Below are positions 51,272-63,086 of a DNA stretch of 64,000 nt, in pieces (within the stretch, counting starts at the first letter, position 1; every line of letters begins with the position of its first letter). Position numbers and translations under genes: made by a program. Source of the stretch: Macrostomum hystrix (Eukaryota > Animalia > Platyhelminthes); contig CATNEN010000024.1 in the NCBI GenBank assembly GCA_950097015.1, forward strand, positions 4,216,001 through 4,280,000. Direction: 5' to 3'. Under the pieces are notes generated by a model that was given only the letters and a program-made list of their open reading frames with translations, did not search any database and had not been told where the DNA came from.

Positions 51272-51484
51272 ATCCTGATCCTTCAGATCCTGATCCTTCA
51301 GATCCTGATCCTTCAGATCCTGATCCTTCAGATCCTGATCCTTCAGATCCTGATCCTTCAGATCCTGATCCTTCAGATCCTGATCCTTCAGATCCTGATC
51401 CTTCAGATCCTGATCCTTCAGATCCTGATCCTTCAGATCCTGATCCTTCAGATCCTGATCCTTCAGATCCTTAAGATCCTGACA
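51272..51484. repeat. 15-bp minisatellite (GATCCTGATCCTTCA), about 14 copies
   Basis: Exact tandem copies. Confidence 0.96.
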
Positions 51485-51900
51485 ATCGTGAAAAAATAAT
51501 CTTAATAGTATAATACTCGTTGTAAAACAAGACGATTAAAGCATTTTAGTCGTTCTTTGTACAGAAGCAAATATAAAATGCGATTACATAAAGCAATACA
51601 GCACTCAAGGGACTGACAAAAATAGAAGTAATCACACACTTTCTGGGACAAATATTTCACTAGGATCAGCAGTAAACACTGTAAGAAGCGGGAAAGATAG
51701 ATTTCGAGGATGTAATATGTCTTACGAGTGTATTTGGGATCTGTAATTTTAGGCATGCGAACTTTTAAATGGGACCATTATAAAAAAACTCCTACAACAG
51801 AAAAACTAATTTAAAATAAAATTAACGATCTTTATAATTCTCGCAAAACTGCGTGAATAAGTAATCAAACTACCAGCAGTAGCAGAATGTTCTTCACATA

Positions 51901-54900
51901 TTAAATCGGCCGCTTCTGATTGGCCGGCTGCGGAGAGGTGGCCCCGCTAGCCAATGATTGGCTGAGATCCGAAGACTCCGGCTCGGCCAGAGAGCAGAGA
52001 GCGGCGGCCGGATTGGACCAACGGCCGATCTGGTCGGACAACTCGCCTCGCTCCTCGGCAGCTCGGCTGAGCTCGCCGTTCAGCCGGTCCAGCTCTGCGT
52101 GCATTCGGGCCAGCTGCTCGTGCAGACCGCTGCGCCTTAAGTGGATGTCCGACGTTTTATGCTCTAGCCAGTTTTTTGTTCACATGAATTCATAGCGAAA
52201 TTTGTCTATTGTAAAATTTAAACCTAATAAGTCATCGAATTTTTACTGCCAATATTTGTTGCTTATAAAACCTGATATGCATGATTTTGTGTTTTCAAAA
52301 AGCTATCGTGGGGTGTCGCAATTTTAGTACTCTTAAGTTTCGATTAGCTGAGGTCAGTCACGTGCTTGGACTGGCGTGGGGAGGAGGTCTGAAGTGACAT
52401 CACTAGAAGGCTTCTAAAAATAGCAACGACGCACAAAAAGAGGAAAGGCAGTGAAGTTCGTGTTATAACAGAAATATTGCGTGAAATGAAATACCGCAAT
52501 TTATATTTATAAAACATCCTTCGATTTTGCCTCGCCAGCTCTCACCTTTGAAGAGCGTCAGGCAGCTGTTGACTTTGGGCACGTGCCTCCGAGCTGTCCT
52601 GCAGAATCAGACTCTCCTGCTGCTGAATGCTCAGCTGAAAATTAGGCGAAAGTAGTGTGGATTAAACTCACAACAAGTATAAAGAAGCATAGATAGGTAA
52701 ATTTTGGAACTGAAATATTGAGTAAAAGCAAAGTAATAAGTGTACAGTTAGTAAACAAAGTTTCGTATCGGAACAAACTTGTTTGACAACAACTGATGGG
52801 ATGCAAAAAGGCTTAAAGTCGAAGGGTCATAGACAGTGCATGAGTCTGGTCTAGATAGCATGTCATGTGTACATTTAAGTTGTGGGGTTGTTTTAGAGCG
52901 TGTGTACATCGAGGTTGTGGGGTTGTTTTAGAGCGTGTGTACATGGGGTTGCGGGGTTGTTCTAGAGCGTGCGTACATCGGGGTTGTGGGGTTGTTTTAG
53001 AGCGTGTGTACATCGGGGTTGCGGGGTTGTTCTAGAGCGTGCGTACATCGGGTTTGTGGGGTCGTTTTAGAGCGTGCGTACATCGGGTTTGTGGGGTCGT
53101 TTTAGAGCGTGTGTACATCGGGGTTGCGGGGTTGTTCTAGAGCGTGCGTACATCGGGTTTGTGGGGTCGTTTTAGAGCGTGCGTACATCGGGTTTGTGGG
53201 GTTGTTTTAGAGCGTGTGTACATCGGGTTTGTGGGGTCGTTTTAGAGCGTGTGTACATCGGGTTTGTGGGGTCGTTTTAGAGCGTGCGTACATCGGGTTT
53301 GTGGGGTCGTTTTAGAGCGTGTGTACATCGGGGTTGCGGGGTTGTTTTAGAGCGTGTGTACATCGGGTTTGTGGGGTCGTTTTAGAGCGTGCGTACATCG
53401 GGTTTGTGGGGTTGTTCTAGAGGGTGTGTACATCGGGGTTGCGGGGTTGTTCTAGAGCGTGTGTACATCGGGGTTGCGGGGTTGTTCTAGAGCGTTTGTA
53501 CATTAAATTTGTGGGTTGTTCTCTAGTGTGTGTACATTGGGTTGTAGGGTTGTAGATGTTTTTAGCTAACGGACTCTGGTCGAGCAAGTTGAATAATCTT
53601 CAGAATAATTCTACATTTGAGAACAGCGCTGTTAGCAATAAAAGATGCAAAATGTGGGTAAGAAGACGATCCTATTACGCTCGTATTTAAGCTACAATAA
53701 GGCATGATACGATGATTCAATGCACAACATCCAGAAAATGATTTCGCTTTGCAAAATTATAGCTCGTACAATTCATGCAGCAAGCCATACTGGTATATTC
53801 ACTTGAAACTTACCTGAACATTCTGTAACTGAAATGGGTTTAGATTCAAAATGATTAGCAAGAGAAGATTTGAGTTTTAGTTCATTATGAAGCTACAGTC
53901 TCCACAGTTTTTTTGCAATGGGTCAATCAAGATTTCGTCTTCTAAAACCCTCCTTTAACCCAAAAGAAATCCATAACCAATCATGTAAAATGTGCGTCAG
54001 TTTACTTAAAACCGAGTTAAAAAGTGCAAGGCTTCTTCTTGGAAATTCACAGTACTTCTATTTAGAAGTACTTCGTTTTTCAATCACACAAATTGATTAA
54101 AGTACACAAATTGCTTAAGTATATAAACTGCTTAAAGTAAAAAATCTTAAAGTGCACTAGCTGCTTAAAGTAAAAAAAGGTTTGAAGTACACAAATAGCT
54201 TAAAGAAAACAAATCGCTTAAAGTAGCTATAGTTATTAAAGTAACTTAAAGTAACTTAAAGTAACTTAGCTATTAAAGTAGCTAAGTGCAAAGTGCCTTA
54301 TGTACAAAGTACAAAAGTACAACACAAACTAAAGTATACAAATCATTTTAGTACACAACTACTCTTATCAGTGCTAACCATCTAAATCCTCACCTCTTCA
54401 CTAAGTCGCTGAAGCTCGCTTGATTTGGCCTCCAATTCACGATCCTTCTGTCGCACCTGCTCCTGCAGGCTCTCCACCACCTGCGCCTGGACCCGGTTCG
54501 AGGCGGCAGCCTGCCGAAAATAATTGCAGAATGAGCTGGGCGGCATTCAAAGACATCTCTAATATCCAATTCCTAATCTCACAAGAGATCCCTCCACTTC
54601 CAGACCTCAGCCGCGCCCTCCCGCGTGTCGCCGATGTCACCGATGAGTCCGCGCAGCTCCGCCAGCACCTGGCGAAGCGAGCCGAGCCGGAAGTCCATTT
54701 CAACCATGGCCAATTCATCCGGGGTTTTTCCCGGCTGAGAGCCTCCGGCACGGCGCCTGCCTAGGTCGGCGCACATGCCGCGCAGCTGATAGTAGACTTC
54801 CAGCACCTCGCCGCGCATCTCGTTCATCTCGACGACGCCCAGACCGGAGCCGGCGTTCCCAACAGCGTAGTCGCCCTCGTAGTCGTACTCATAGTCGTCA

Positions 54901-56930
54901 TCGTGCGGCAGATCCGGTGGCGAGCTCAAATCCGACAGCGTGGAGCGGAGGTACACCTCGTCATCGATTTCTACATCTTCGTAGTCTTCAACGCCGGCCG
55001 CAGTAGCTCTGCCAGCGGCGACAGACGCGGCGAACAGATAACTCGGCCTGCTCGGAGCAGCCGGCGCTGACGCGGCTGCCAAAACCGCGACTTCCATCTT
55101 CGAAGCCAGACTGTCCCGCAGACGTTCCAGACGCCGCGGCTGGCTCTTCCTCTTCTTCGATGCCCTCTTCGTCAAGCTCCTCTTCGAAGGCTTCCGATGA
55201 CTGGCGCCAGCCGAACTGCTCTGCCTCGCCGCCGAGCTCGCTGAATAGAGACTCCCCACCGGCCGGCGGCGCCTCCAGCCTCATCAGCATGCTCAGCGCC
55301 TCGGAGCGAGCCGCCTGAAAAAGTCACGGGTTCAGTTTGACTTTCAAGACCAAAATAGTGAGGATAAGTGGGGCTGCAGCGGCTAACAGAAGAAAGACGA
55401 CGCTATTTTTACCCCTGGGGACACAAATACGAGCTACAAGCACACACTGCCTACTGTGCGCTAGCTCCCAAACCGAATCACCGATTTTCGTGAAGTCCAC
55501 CATCTGAACCTAAATTTCCCGTCTTTTACGATACACTTTTAAAGCCATTTGAAGTCGGCATCGCCGAGATATTCAGCGATTCTTGTCGAAGGTCCTGGTG
55601 CCAAGGACAAGTGACATTGCTCTGCATAAACCTCCATGGCGAATCTATATTGGTTAAAAATGAAAAAATTAACAACCTAATCAATCCAAACTAGTCAACA
55701 ACTATAGCATACATGATTACATGATAAAAATTTGTGAGCAGAAAAATTATGCCAACGACCTATCACGACATCCCGACGAGAATCGTTGAAAATGTCGACG
55801 ATGCCGATGTTTTGCGATTATCTGCCTCATAATTAAAAAGTTCAGGGCAGAATTACCACCAAATGATGTGCCAGAGCCCACAGGCCCTCATGCAAATATT
55901 GCCAGACAGAAATAGAAGAAAACTCGAGCCAAAACTAACCTGCGGCGCCAGAGCTTCGACCTGGCGGTGCAGGCAGGCGGCCGTGGCCTGCAAGTCGTGA
56001 ATCTGGGCCTCCTGCGCCGCGATGGTGTCAGTCTGCTCCCGATCCCGATACTGCATCCGAGCAATGGCAAGCTGCTGATCCTCGGCCGCTGACAGCAAGG
56101 CGTCGCGCTCTTCGGCCACCTGAAGTAGCCGACGCTCCAGTTCGGCCTTCTGGGCGTGCAGCGAGTGCAGCTGCTCCTTGAGCTGCGCCAGCTGCGCCAG
56201 GTGCTCCTGCATCGCGGCCCGTCTGGCTCGCAGCTCGGCCTGCAGCTCCGCCGTCTGGCTGGCCGCCCTCTGCTCCGCATGGCGTCGCTGCCTGCTCTCC
56301 TCGGCCAGGCGCTCATTGGCCCGACCCAGTGCCACCGCCTGCGAGTGTCGCAAGAGGTTTTTGATATGAGTTATTCTTGTGAAAGCCTGTGCGTTTTCTT
56401 AGAAATATCGCTGTTCAGCCAACCTGGGCCGCTCTCTCGCGCTCCAACTCCATCCGGCCCAGCTGCTGACGCCGCAGCTCCTCGCGCAGGCTGAGCACGT
56501 CCGACTGCAGCTCGCGCATCTGGCAATCGTAGTCCTGCTCGACTGCGTCTAGCTTGGCGCGCAGGCCGGCCTTCTCCCTCTCCAGTCGCTGAATCCTGTC
56601 GCCAAACTCTTCGGCGATGCGCTGATTTCTCTGCTGAAGCTCGGCGTTGTTTGCTAGCAGGGCGCGGCCCAGCTGAGCGGCCAGCATGAGGTCCTGCTCC
56701 CGGCGCTGCAGCTCCGTGTACACACTCCCCCCGTTGTTGCCGCCGCTGCCACCGTCGCTGCCGTTGCCAACGCTGGCGTCAGTCTGCGCGGCCCGCTGGC
56801 CCATGTAGTTCTCCAGGTAGCCGGTGAGATCCATGCCTGAGTCGCCGATTTCGTCATTGCCAGCCATGACACCGTCAGCAGTGGACCCCATATTGAGGTG
56901 GTGCTGATGGCGACTGAATTCGTCAGACAT
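51901..56930 (-). CDS. BICDL1: BICD family-like dynein cargo adaptor (BICDL1/BICDR-like), about 684 aa once a +1 frame break in exon 3 is corrected; 6 exons
   Basis: Exons are 56930-56424, 56338-55940, 55314-54606, 54510-54394, 52634-52546 and 52135-51901; all introns are GT-AG. The protein has a CC1 box (QDLMLAAQLGRALL), long coiled coils and a Spindly-type motif (ESLFSEL). Segments EVLEVYYQLRGMC and GSLRQVLAELRGLI, and the C-terminal LARMHAELDRLNGELSRAAEERGELSDQIGRW, resemble BICDL1 as recalled. Exon 3 is 709 nt, one base more than its phase-0/phase-0 boundaries allow. Confidence 0.85.
52858..53545. repeat. 35-bp minisatellite (GAGCGTGTGTACATCGGGGTTGTGGGGTTGTTTTA)n in BICDL intron 4
   Basis: GAGCGTG at 52965 and 53000. 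Confidence 0.94.
55402..55820. repeat. Dispersed ~400-bp repeat, copy 1 (BICDL intron 2); probable non-autonomous transposon relic
   Basis: Colinear blocks shared with 59881-60270: GCTATTTTTACCCCTGGGGACACAAATAC, CACACTGCCTAC, CAGCGATTCTTGTCGAAG, CAAGGACA, ACATTGCT, TTACATGAT, TTTGTGAGCAGAAAA, ATGCCGATGTTT. Confidence 0.8.
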
Positions 56931-59811
56931 TTTCTCTACAGAACTTGGCTTTAAAGTTACTTTCTTAATCTTCAACAGCGAAAGCGCGTATCAGTTCATA
57001 ACAACACTGATCGATCTAGCTGAAGGCAAACGGTTAGAGTAGCTTTTGAGCACCATGAGAAATAAAAATGATTTCCAGCAGCAATAAAAAAACGAAACTA
57101 CGAAACTGTAGCTCACAACAAAAAAGTTACAAAAGAAAAAAGTAGTTTTATTAGGACAAAAAAAATTTTGCTAATCCTAAAATTCTTTTCTTTAAAGTAG
57201 CTATAAAGATTACTATAATTATAGTCATACAAATTATACCGACAAATCCGTTATTTCGACATTTATTTCTTGCATTCTGTGTCACCTGTCTGTTATTTCT
57301 TAAATTAGTTTACAGAGAAATATTGTTTAAATGCAAAATACAAAGATGAATGAAATTATTCAATTAATAATATATAACATATAAGAAAAGAACAGAACTA
57401 AAATGTAAATTGATTTGTTTTTTTAATAATAAATACAGGTTTTTTGCTGGTTTAGTGATATACTTATACTTGGTCACAACTAACAAATTATAAAACTTTG
57501 TAATTAAGCCTTCTTGCTTTTTGTGTATTATCTAGAGTTTAAATTATTCACACTTCGCAAAGAAGACTTTCTGCTTAGGTAACTCAGCATTTATATTTGA
57601 ATGATAAGGGCAGTATAGTTAAAAAATGCAGATAAATATTTTGCTTGGTAATTTCAAGGACCACTAGAAGTAGACTAGGAAAATATTTAAAATAAGTGTC
57701 TAGTTCAAGGGTCTTTACGATCAGCGCGATTCACCTCTGACTGGTGAGTCAGATTGCAGCTCAAGAAGCTACAAATCTAATTTCAGAATGCCAAAAAATA
57801 AAAGCTGAAAATTGTTCGCAAATCAAGAGTCAAGACTAATGAAAAGAATAATGGCATACATATCAATGACTAAGAGTCAATAACATTAAATTGTAAAAAA
57901 GCTTCTAATGAATCTAGTCAGCAATCAAGCGACCCGGAAAATGTCCCTAAAATCAGGTCCCTGTAAATCAGGCATTGCGATTTCGCAATTTCGCATTGTG
58001 GACGATGACTTCAACGAAACGCAAGTCAAAATGGAAATGTTTTGGTTTATCGCTCATCAAATTTTATCATACTTATTAGTACACGTGCATAAGATTGTAA
58101 AATAAGAAACAAATTTATGTGTTCTTTAAACTAATTCAAATTAACTATCTTACAACTACATTTGTTTTGTTTTAGTGAGGACCCACAATAATTAAAATTT
58201 GCATATTCGTCCTCTTTAAAAATAGTTTTTTTAAGGCTGTGTCGCCTTGACTATAGCTTCCTTCTATACAAAGTTGTATATCTCAAACTAAAAATTATAA
58301 ATACTGAATCAACTATCGTTGTGGAGTAATATGTATCCCAAATGCTAACGCATGTTGGCACGTATACTGCGTATTGTTACTGCATCAGCTGTATAATATT
58401 AAAAGAGTACCATATAGTGCCATACTAAAACTGCAAAAATACGCACTAGTCCTGAAATGACTCATTGGCGTATTAAACTTTGAGAGCCTTGTGATGCAAT
58501 TTTCTAAATAAAGCTTAACAAGGGTTTTCGAAAGATAAGATAACAGTACGGCTCGATCGTACCGTTCTAATTAAAATGCAATAAAAAATTATACTAACTA
58601 ATAGCAAAATTATACCTAAATGCTTAAATCTAAATTTAACTGGAGTCCATCTCTCATCTTTCGAATACGAACCGAACTCAACAATCGGCAAAAAATGTTC
58701 ATTAAATGACTTAATTCGAGTGTAGTCATTACATAGATTTCAATGAAAAAAATTGATGGATTTATTATCACAATACGGTAAACGTAAGACATGCTATTAA
58801 AAAATACTCATAAGTATATCTTCATCACGTTGATTTTACATTTCGTTAAAATGCAAAAAACTGTCTTAGATGACGTTTTCATAGAGTATGCTAGAGTGCT
58901 GCTCTAAGATATGAGCTGTCGAAGTTAATTAAATGGGGTCAGTAGTATCAACAGTTATTTACATTCAGATGACTTTATACATAATGAAGTCTAATAAGTG
59001 TATAAACTTTTACTTCTATTATGATGACTAAGTTAGAGAAAAATTGCCGATGAAAAGAATGGCATGTGCTTTATTTATTTATTCTTAATTTCTTTTTTTA
59101 TTTATGTAGCTCGTCAATTTCAGATCGCAACAATGTAGTGAGGCGACTCGAAGTCATAAACGAAGTTATAATTATGTGAAATGATTCGAAAGCGTAAATT
59201 TCGCTCACACTAGCTTTTATTAGAATTGTGCGCAACGATGTAATTCATAAATTAAAGAGTTTGCGGGTCTGTAGGTAATCAAGATTTTAATCACATGCAT
59301 TCGTATGCCAAGCAATCAATCATTTCTTGATCGAGTAAATCATTTTTTTCTTGTTAGTATGTAGCAAATGAATAGGTATGGAATATAGATTGAAAGCGGG
59401 TTTCAAATTTCGGATTTTAAGTGCAAACAAAAGGTTTTAGAGTACAAAATAAGCACAACAACAAAAAATTTTACACCGACAAAAAGCCAAAAAAGTATTT
59501 ATACTCGTAAATTGTACGAGCCTATTTAAATAACTAATTACCGATTTAATTTGTAACAAGGAACTGTAAATTAGAATCACACGAAGAAAACAACGAACGA
59601 TTAAACAATATTCGACAGACGCGAAGCAAAAACCACACAAAAACTGTCGCCAGACATTAACAGTCCTGTCAGTATAGGACAACAGGTCTGACCATAGACT
59701 ATGGCTGGAGTTTAAGCAGTGCCTTATACCGCCGCGCCCTAAGCTATTCACCCAGTAACTACCCCTTGGTCGGGTGGCCGGTACCAACATTAGAAGAACT
59801 TGGACCTGGGT

Positions 59812-59862
59812 CAGGGACTACTAAATACTCAATTTAGTATTTAGAGTATTTAGTAGTCCCTG
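59812..59862. mobile_element. 51-bp MITE-like relic with perfect 19-bp terminal inverted repeats
   Basis: CAGGGACTACTAAATACTC ... GAGTATTTAGTAGTCCCTG, flanked by the near-direct repeat CCTGGGT / TCTGGGT. Confidence 0.55.
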
Positions 59863-59880
59863 TCTGGGTCCACCTGACTT

Positions 59881-60270
59881 GCTATTTTTACCCCTGGGGA
59901 CACAAATACAAATACACACTGCCTACTTCACGATAGCTCCCAAATCTAAATTTTCCGCCCTTTACGATGTACAAACCTTCAAAGCCATCCAACGTCAACA
60001 TCGTCGAGATAGTCAGCGATTCTTGTCGAAGACCCTTGTGACAAGGACAGCTAACATTGCTTTGTATAAAGTCTATGACGAATCAATTTTTGTTCATAAT
60101 TGATAAATGATTATATAATCAACACATTATAATCAACAATGATAGCGGACATGGTTACATGATGAAATTTTGTGAGCAGAAAAGTGATGCATATATTGGG
60201 GTTTTCTGCCACCAGACACCCTGATGATAATCTTGGAATGTCTCGCCAATGCCGATGTTTGTGATTCCTG
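59881..60270. repeat. Dispersed ~400-bp repeat, copy 2
   Basis: Same colinear blocks and orientation as 55402-55820, with diverged sequence and indels. Confidence 0.8.
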
Positions 60271-60556
60271 AAAGTTTTTTCAACGGATTTAGAACAAAGT
60301 GTTGGCCCGGTCTTCAAGATTTTCATGACGATTGTTGCATATTTTGGGGAATTCACAAAAAGCGAGGATTAGGAAATAATTCTCATGATCTTTCCTCTGG
60401 TAACGGTAGCGAGGCTGTAGTTTTGTAACAAAGAACTTGTCATCAAGTCTAGTGCTGTAGTGACAGTGAGTGGCTGTGTTCACTAACATCGAAAGTCTCA
60501 CACTTCAGTCCGATTGGATCTCCAATGCGGCCCTGCGCTCTACCAGCTCAATGAGC

Positions 60557-63086
60557 CTACCGTCGTCGCTTCAAATGCACGTAGCTCCGACGTCCGCTGA
60601 AGGCCGCCTCGCCGGTGACATTACAGCCGGCTATGCCGCCGTCTCGATTCTCAGCTCCGTCGGCGGCGGCATTGTCGCGATTGTTGGCTCCACCATTAGC
60701 CGCGTCAGCGTTCGGATTGCGCAACAGTCGGCAGGCGTGCCTGCGAAATGTCGGATCTGCGTACAGGTAGAACAGCAGGATGCTGAGCGAGTGCAGGCTG
60801 GAGAGGGTTTCCACCGCCTCTGACCCATAGGTCATGTCGTTTGCATGCTTAGACGAATTGTCGAAGAAGCTGACGCCGCCGCCGCTTCCAGCGTCAACTG
60901 GGTCTTGGTGCAGTATGTTCATGACATCGATGATGATGCGAATGATGAACACTGGAGTCTCCAGCGTGGCGAAGGTCACCGAGATGATGATTAGGATGTT
61001 TCTAACGCGGATGTAACGGCTGTGATAGCGGTTTCTGCGAATCCGAGACCAGGTGAGCACACAGCAGGCCATGGTGATCACGAATGGCAGATAGATAGTG
61101 GCTGTGAAGTAGGCCAGCTGAATATAGGAGAGTAGATTCTGGTTCGGATCAAGGCAGTTGTTCATGTCTCTCGTCACCTAGGTTATGATTTGTGATTTAT
61201 AATTTAAGAGGTGATTTAATTTTGTGATCTCATCTTGCCTTGTTACTAACACCAATCTTAGTCCGTTGCAAAGCATCAGTCACACACCTTCAAATATTGA
61301 ATGGTGAATTCACTCTTCACCCCATTCCAATCACACAACCCGCTCCACACTCCGCGGCCTTTAACATCCACTTTACTCAATGGCCTTCAACATCCACCTC
61401 ACTCAATGGCCTTCGACATCCACCTCACTCCACGGCATATAACCTCCACATCATTCAATGGACTATACTACATCTACCTCACCGGGCTCCGACTTCATAG
61501 AATGAACCTAATTTTCATCCTATTCTAGTGGACTAAATATTACATGCAAGATGAAGACTGCATGCACAGCCCAGCACCGGAAACGCTCTCAGAATAAAGA
61601 AGCTTGACACACCTGAACCCAGTTTTCTGAGTTTGGAACCGTTTTGTTGCTGCCAACCATTAGCATTTGCAATGCCTGGCCCCTTCTGCACGCAATAATT
61701 GTAACTCGGTTGAACATGAGCTGCCACACGACAATTGCTCCGACCCAGAACAGCAAATTGGCCAGCGCAATGAAGAACGGCCCGCGGATCTTGCGCCACA
61801 CGGATTCGCGCGGCCTGGAATTCTTGCCGCGCCACTTGCTCAGAGCTCTGCATCGGTTGAGTACAACAATCAGCACCCAGTAGTTGCGGGCCGCATAGAT
61901 TCCATCACCGGCTGGAATAGCTAGACGAGAAAAGTACACCCAGGCAATGTACGGGCCCAAGTAGAACATCTGAAAAGAGAGGCGTTTATTAATTTACTCC
62001 AGACATACTCTTTAGTTACACCTAAATTATCTGAACAGGTCTAACCTGATTTACACTAAGCCCCGCTTGTAATCTTACACCTTTAAAGCAGGCACTCTCC
62101 ACTCTTCACTGAATGGACACCGATCGACTCTTTGACCTAAAAAACCATCTTATGCCTGGACCCTTTACATCTCATTTCTTTTCTCGGGACAGCCATCTCA
62201 AGCCTCTACATGGGACAGCCACCTCACGCCCTTATCCAGGATAGCGACATAATTCCTCTACCCGGGACACCCACCTCACGCCTTTTCCAGAGACAGCGAC
62301 CCCACACCTTTACCCGGGACAGCCACCCCACACCTTTACCCGAGGCAGCCACCTCACACCTTTACCCGAGGCAGCCACCTCACACCTTTACCCAGGGCAG
62401 CCACCCCACACCTTTACCCGTCACAGCCACCTCACGCCTATACACGGGACAGCCACCCCACACCTTTACCCGGGGCAGCCACCTCACGCCTTTACCCGGG
62501 GCAGCCACCCCACACCTTTACTCGTCACAGCCACCTCACGCCTACACACGGAACAGCAACCCGTGTCGCAGGATAGTCACCTGACGCCCTGAACCGGGAC
62601 TGCCGCCTCGGGCCAACTAACTGATTATATACTTTCCTAACCTTCTAACTTTCTAAACTTTCCTGCCATTGTACTAGGTTGTAAAATGTAGCACCTAATT
62701 GCCGTTATACGAATGGGAAAAACTTTTCTCGCCTGTTTGTATGGTTCGAATGGCTGAACAATGGAATCGATTTTTGCCACAGCTAGGCTGCTCTGGTGCA
62801 GCAGCTCAATGAGAGCCAGCGCCAACAGGTACCAGTGTGCCTGAATGTCCAGGCGGTTCAGAACCAGGCGGGCGTAGATCACAATGGCCAGCAGGTTGCC
62901 GGCTGCGATTCCGGCGCACAGCCCGAGTTGGCAGCCCTTCACAACAAGAAACGTTGAGGTTCGTGGAGGTTCGAACTTGCCCAGGGGATGCGGCCGCCCG
63001 TCCCGCCAAAGACAGTCGTATACAATCCAGACGAAGGTGAAGCTCGTGTCGCTGCACTGATCGGACATACTGGTTTGGTTTGCCAT
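60557..63086 (-). CDS. Rhodopsin-class (class A) GPCR, peptide-receptor-like orphan, about 443 aa, 3 exons
   Basis: Exons are 63086-62733 (donor CAG|GCGAGA; alternative AAA|GTTTTT at 62724), 61969-61613 (TTTTCAG|; CAG|GTGTGT) and 61177-60557 (CCTAG|; TAG), all phase 0. There are seven hydrophobic segments and an N-terminal NQT sequon. Motifs: TM1 GNLLAI, TM2 YLLALALIE, TM3 end VLNRCRAL, TM5 YLPF, TM6 LETP, TM7/helix 8 FYLYADPTFR. Confidence 0.9.
61357..61455. repeat. ~26-bp degenerate repeat, about 4 copies, in GPCR intron 2
   Basis: GGCCTT(T/C)AACATCCAC(T/C)T(T/C)ACTCAAT units. Confidence 0.75.
62185..62552. repeat. ~26-bp minisatellite (GGGACAGCCACCTCACACCTTTACCC)n in GPCR intron 1
   Basis: Tandem units with variants. 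Confidence 0.9.

Noticed and set aside
55241-55259. 19-nt GT-AG micro-intron that would repair the BICDL frame
   Set aside because: It is far below workable metazoan intron size and would delete the conserved ESLFSEL motif.
57000-59700. AT-rich stretch upstream of BICDL searched for hidden genes or transposase remnants
   Set aside because: Only short low-complexity ORFs were found, with no recognisable domain or repeat structure.
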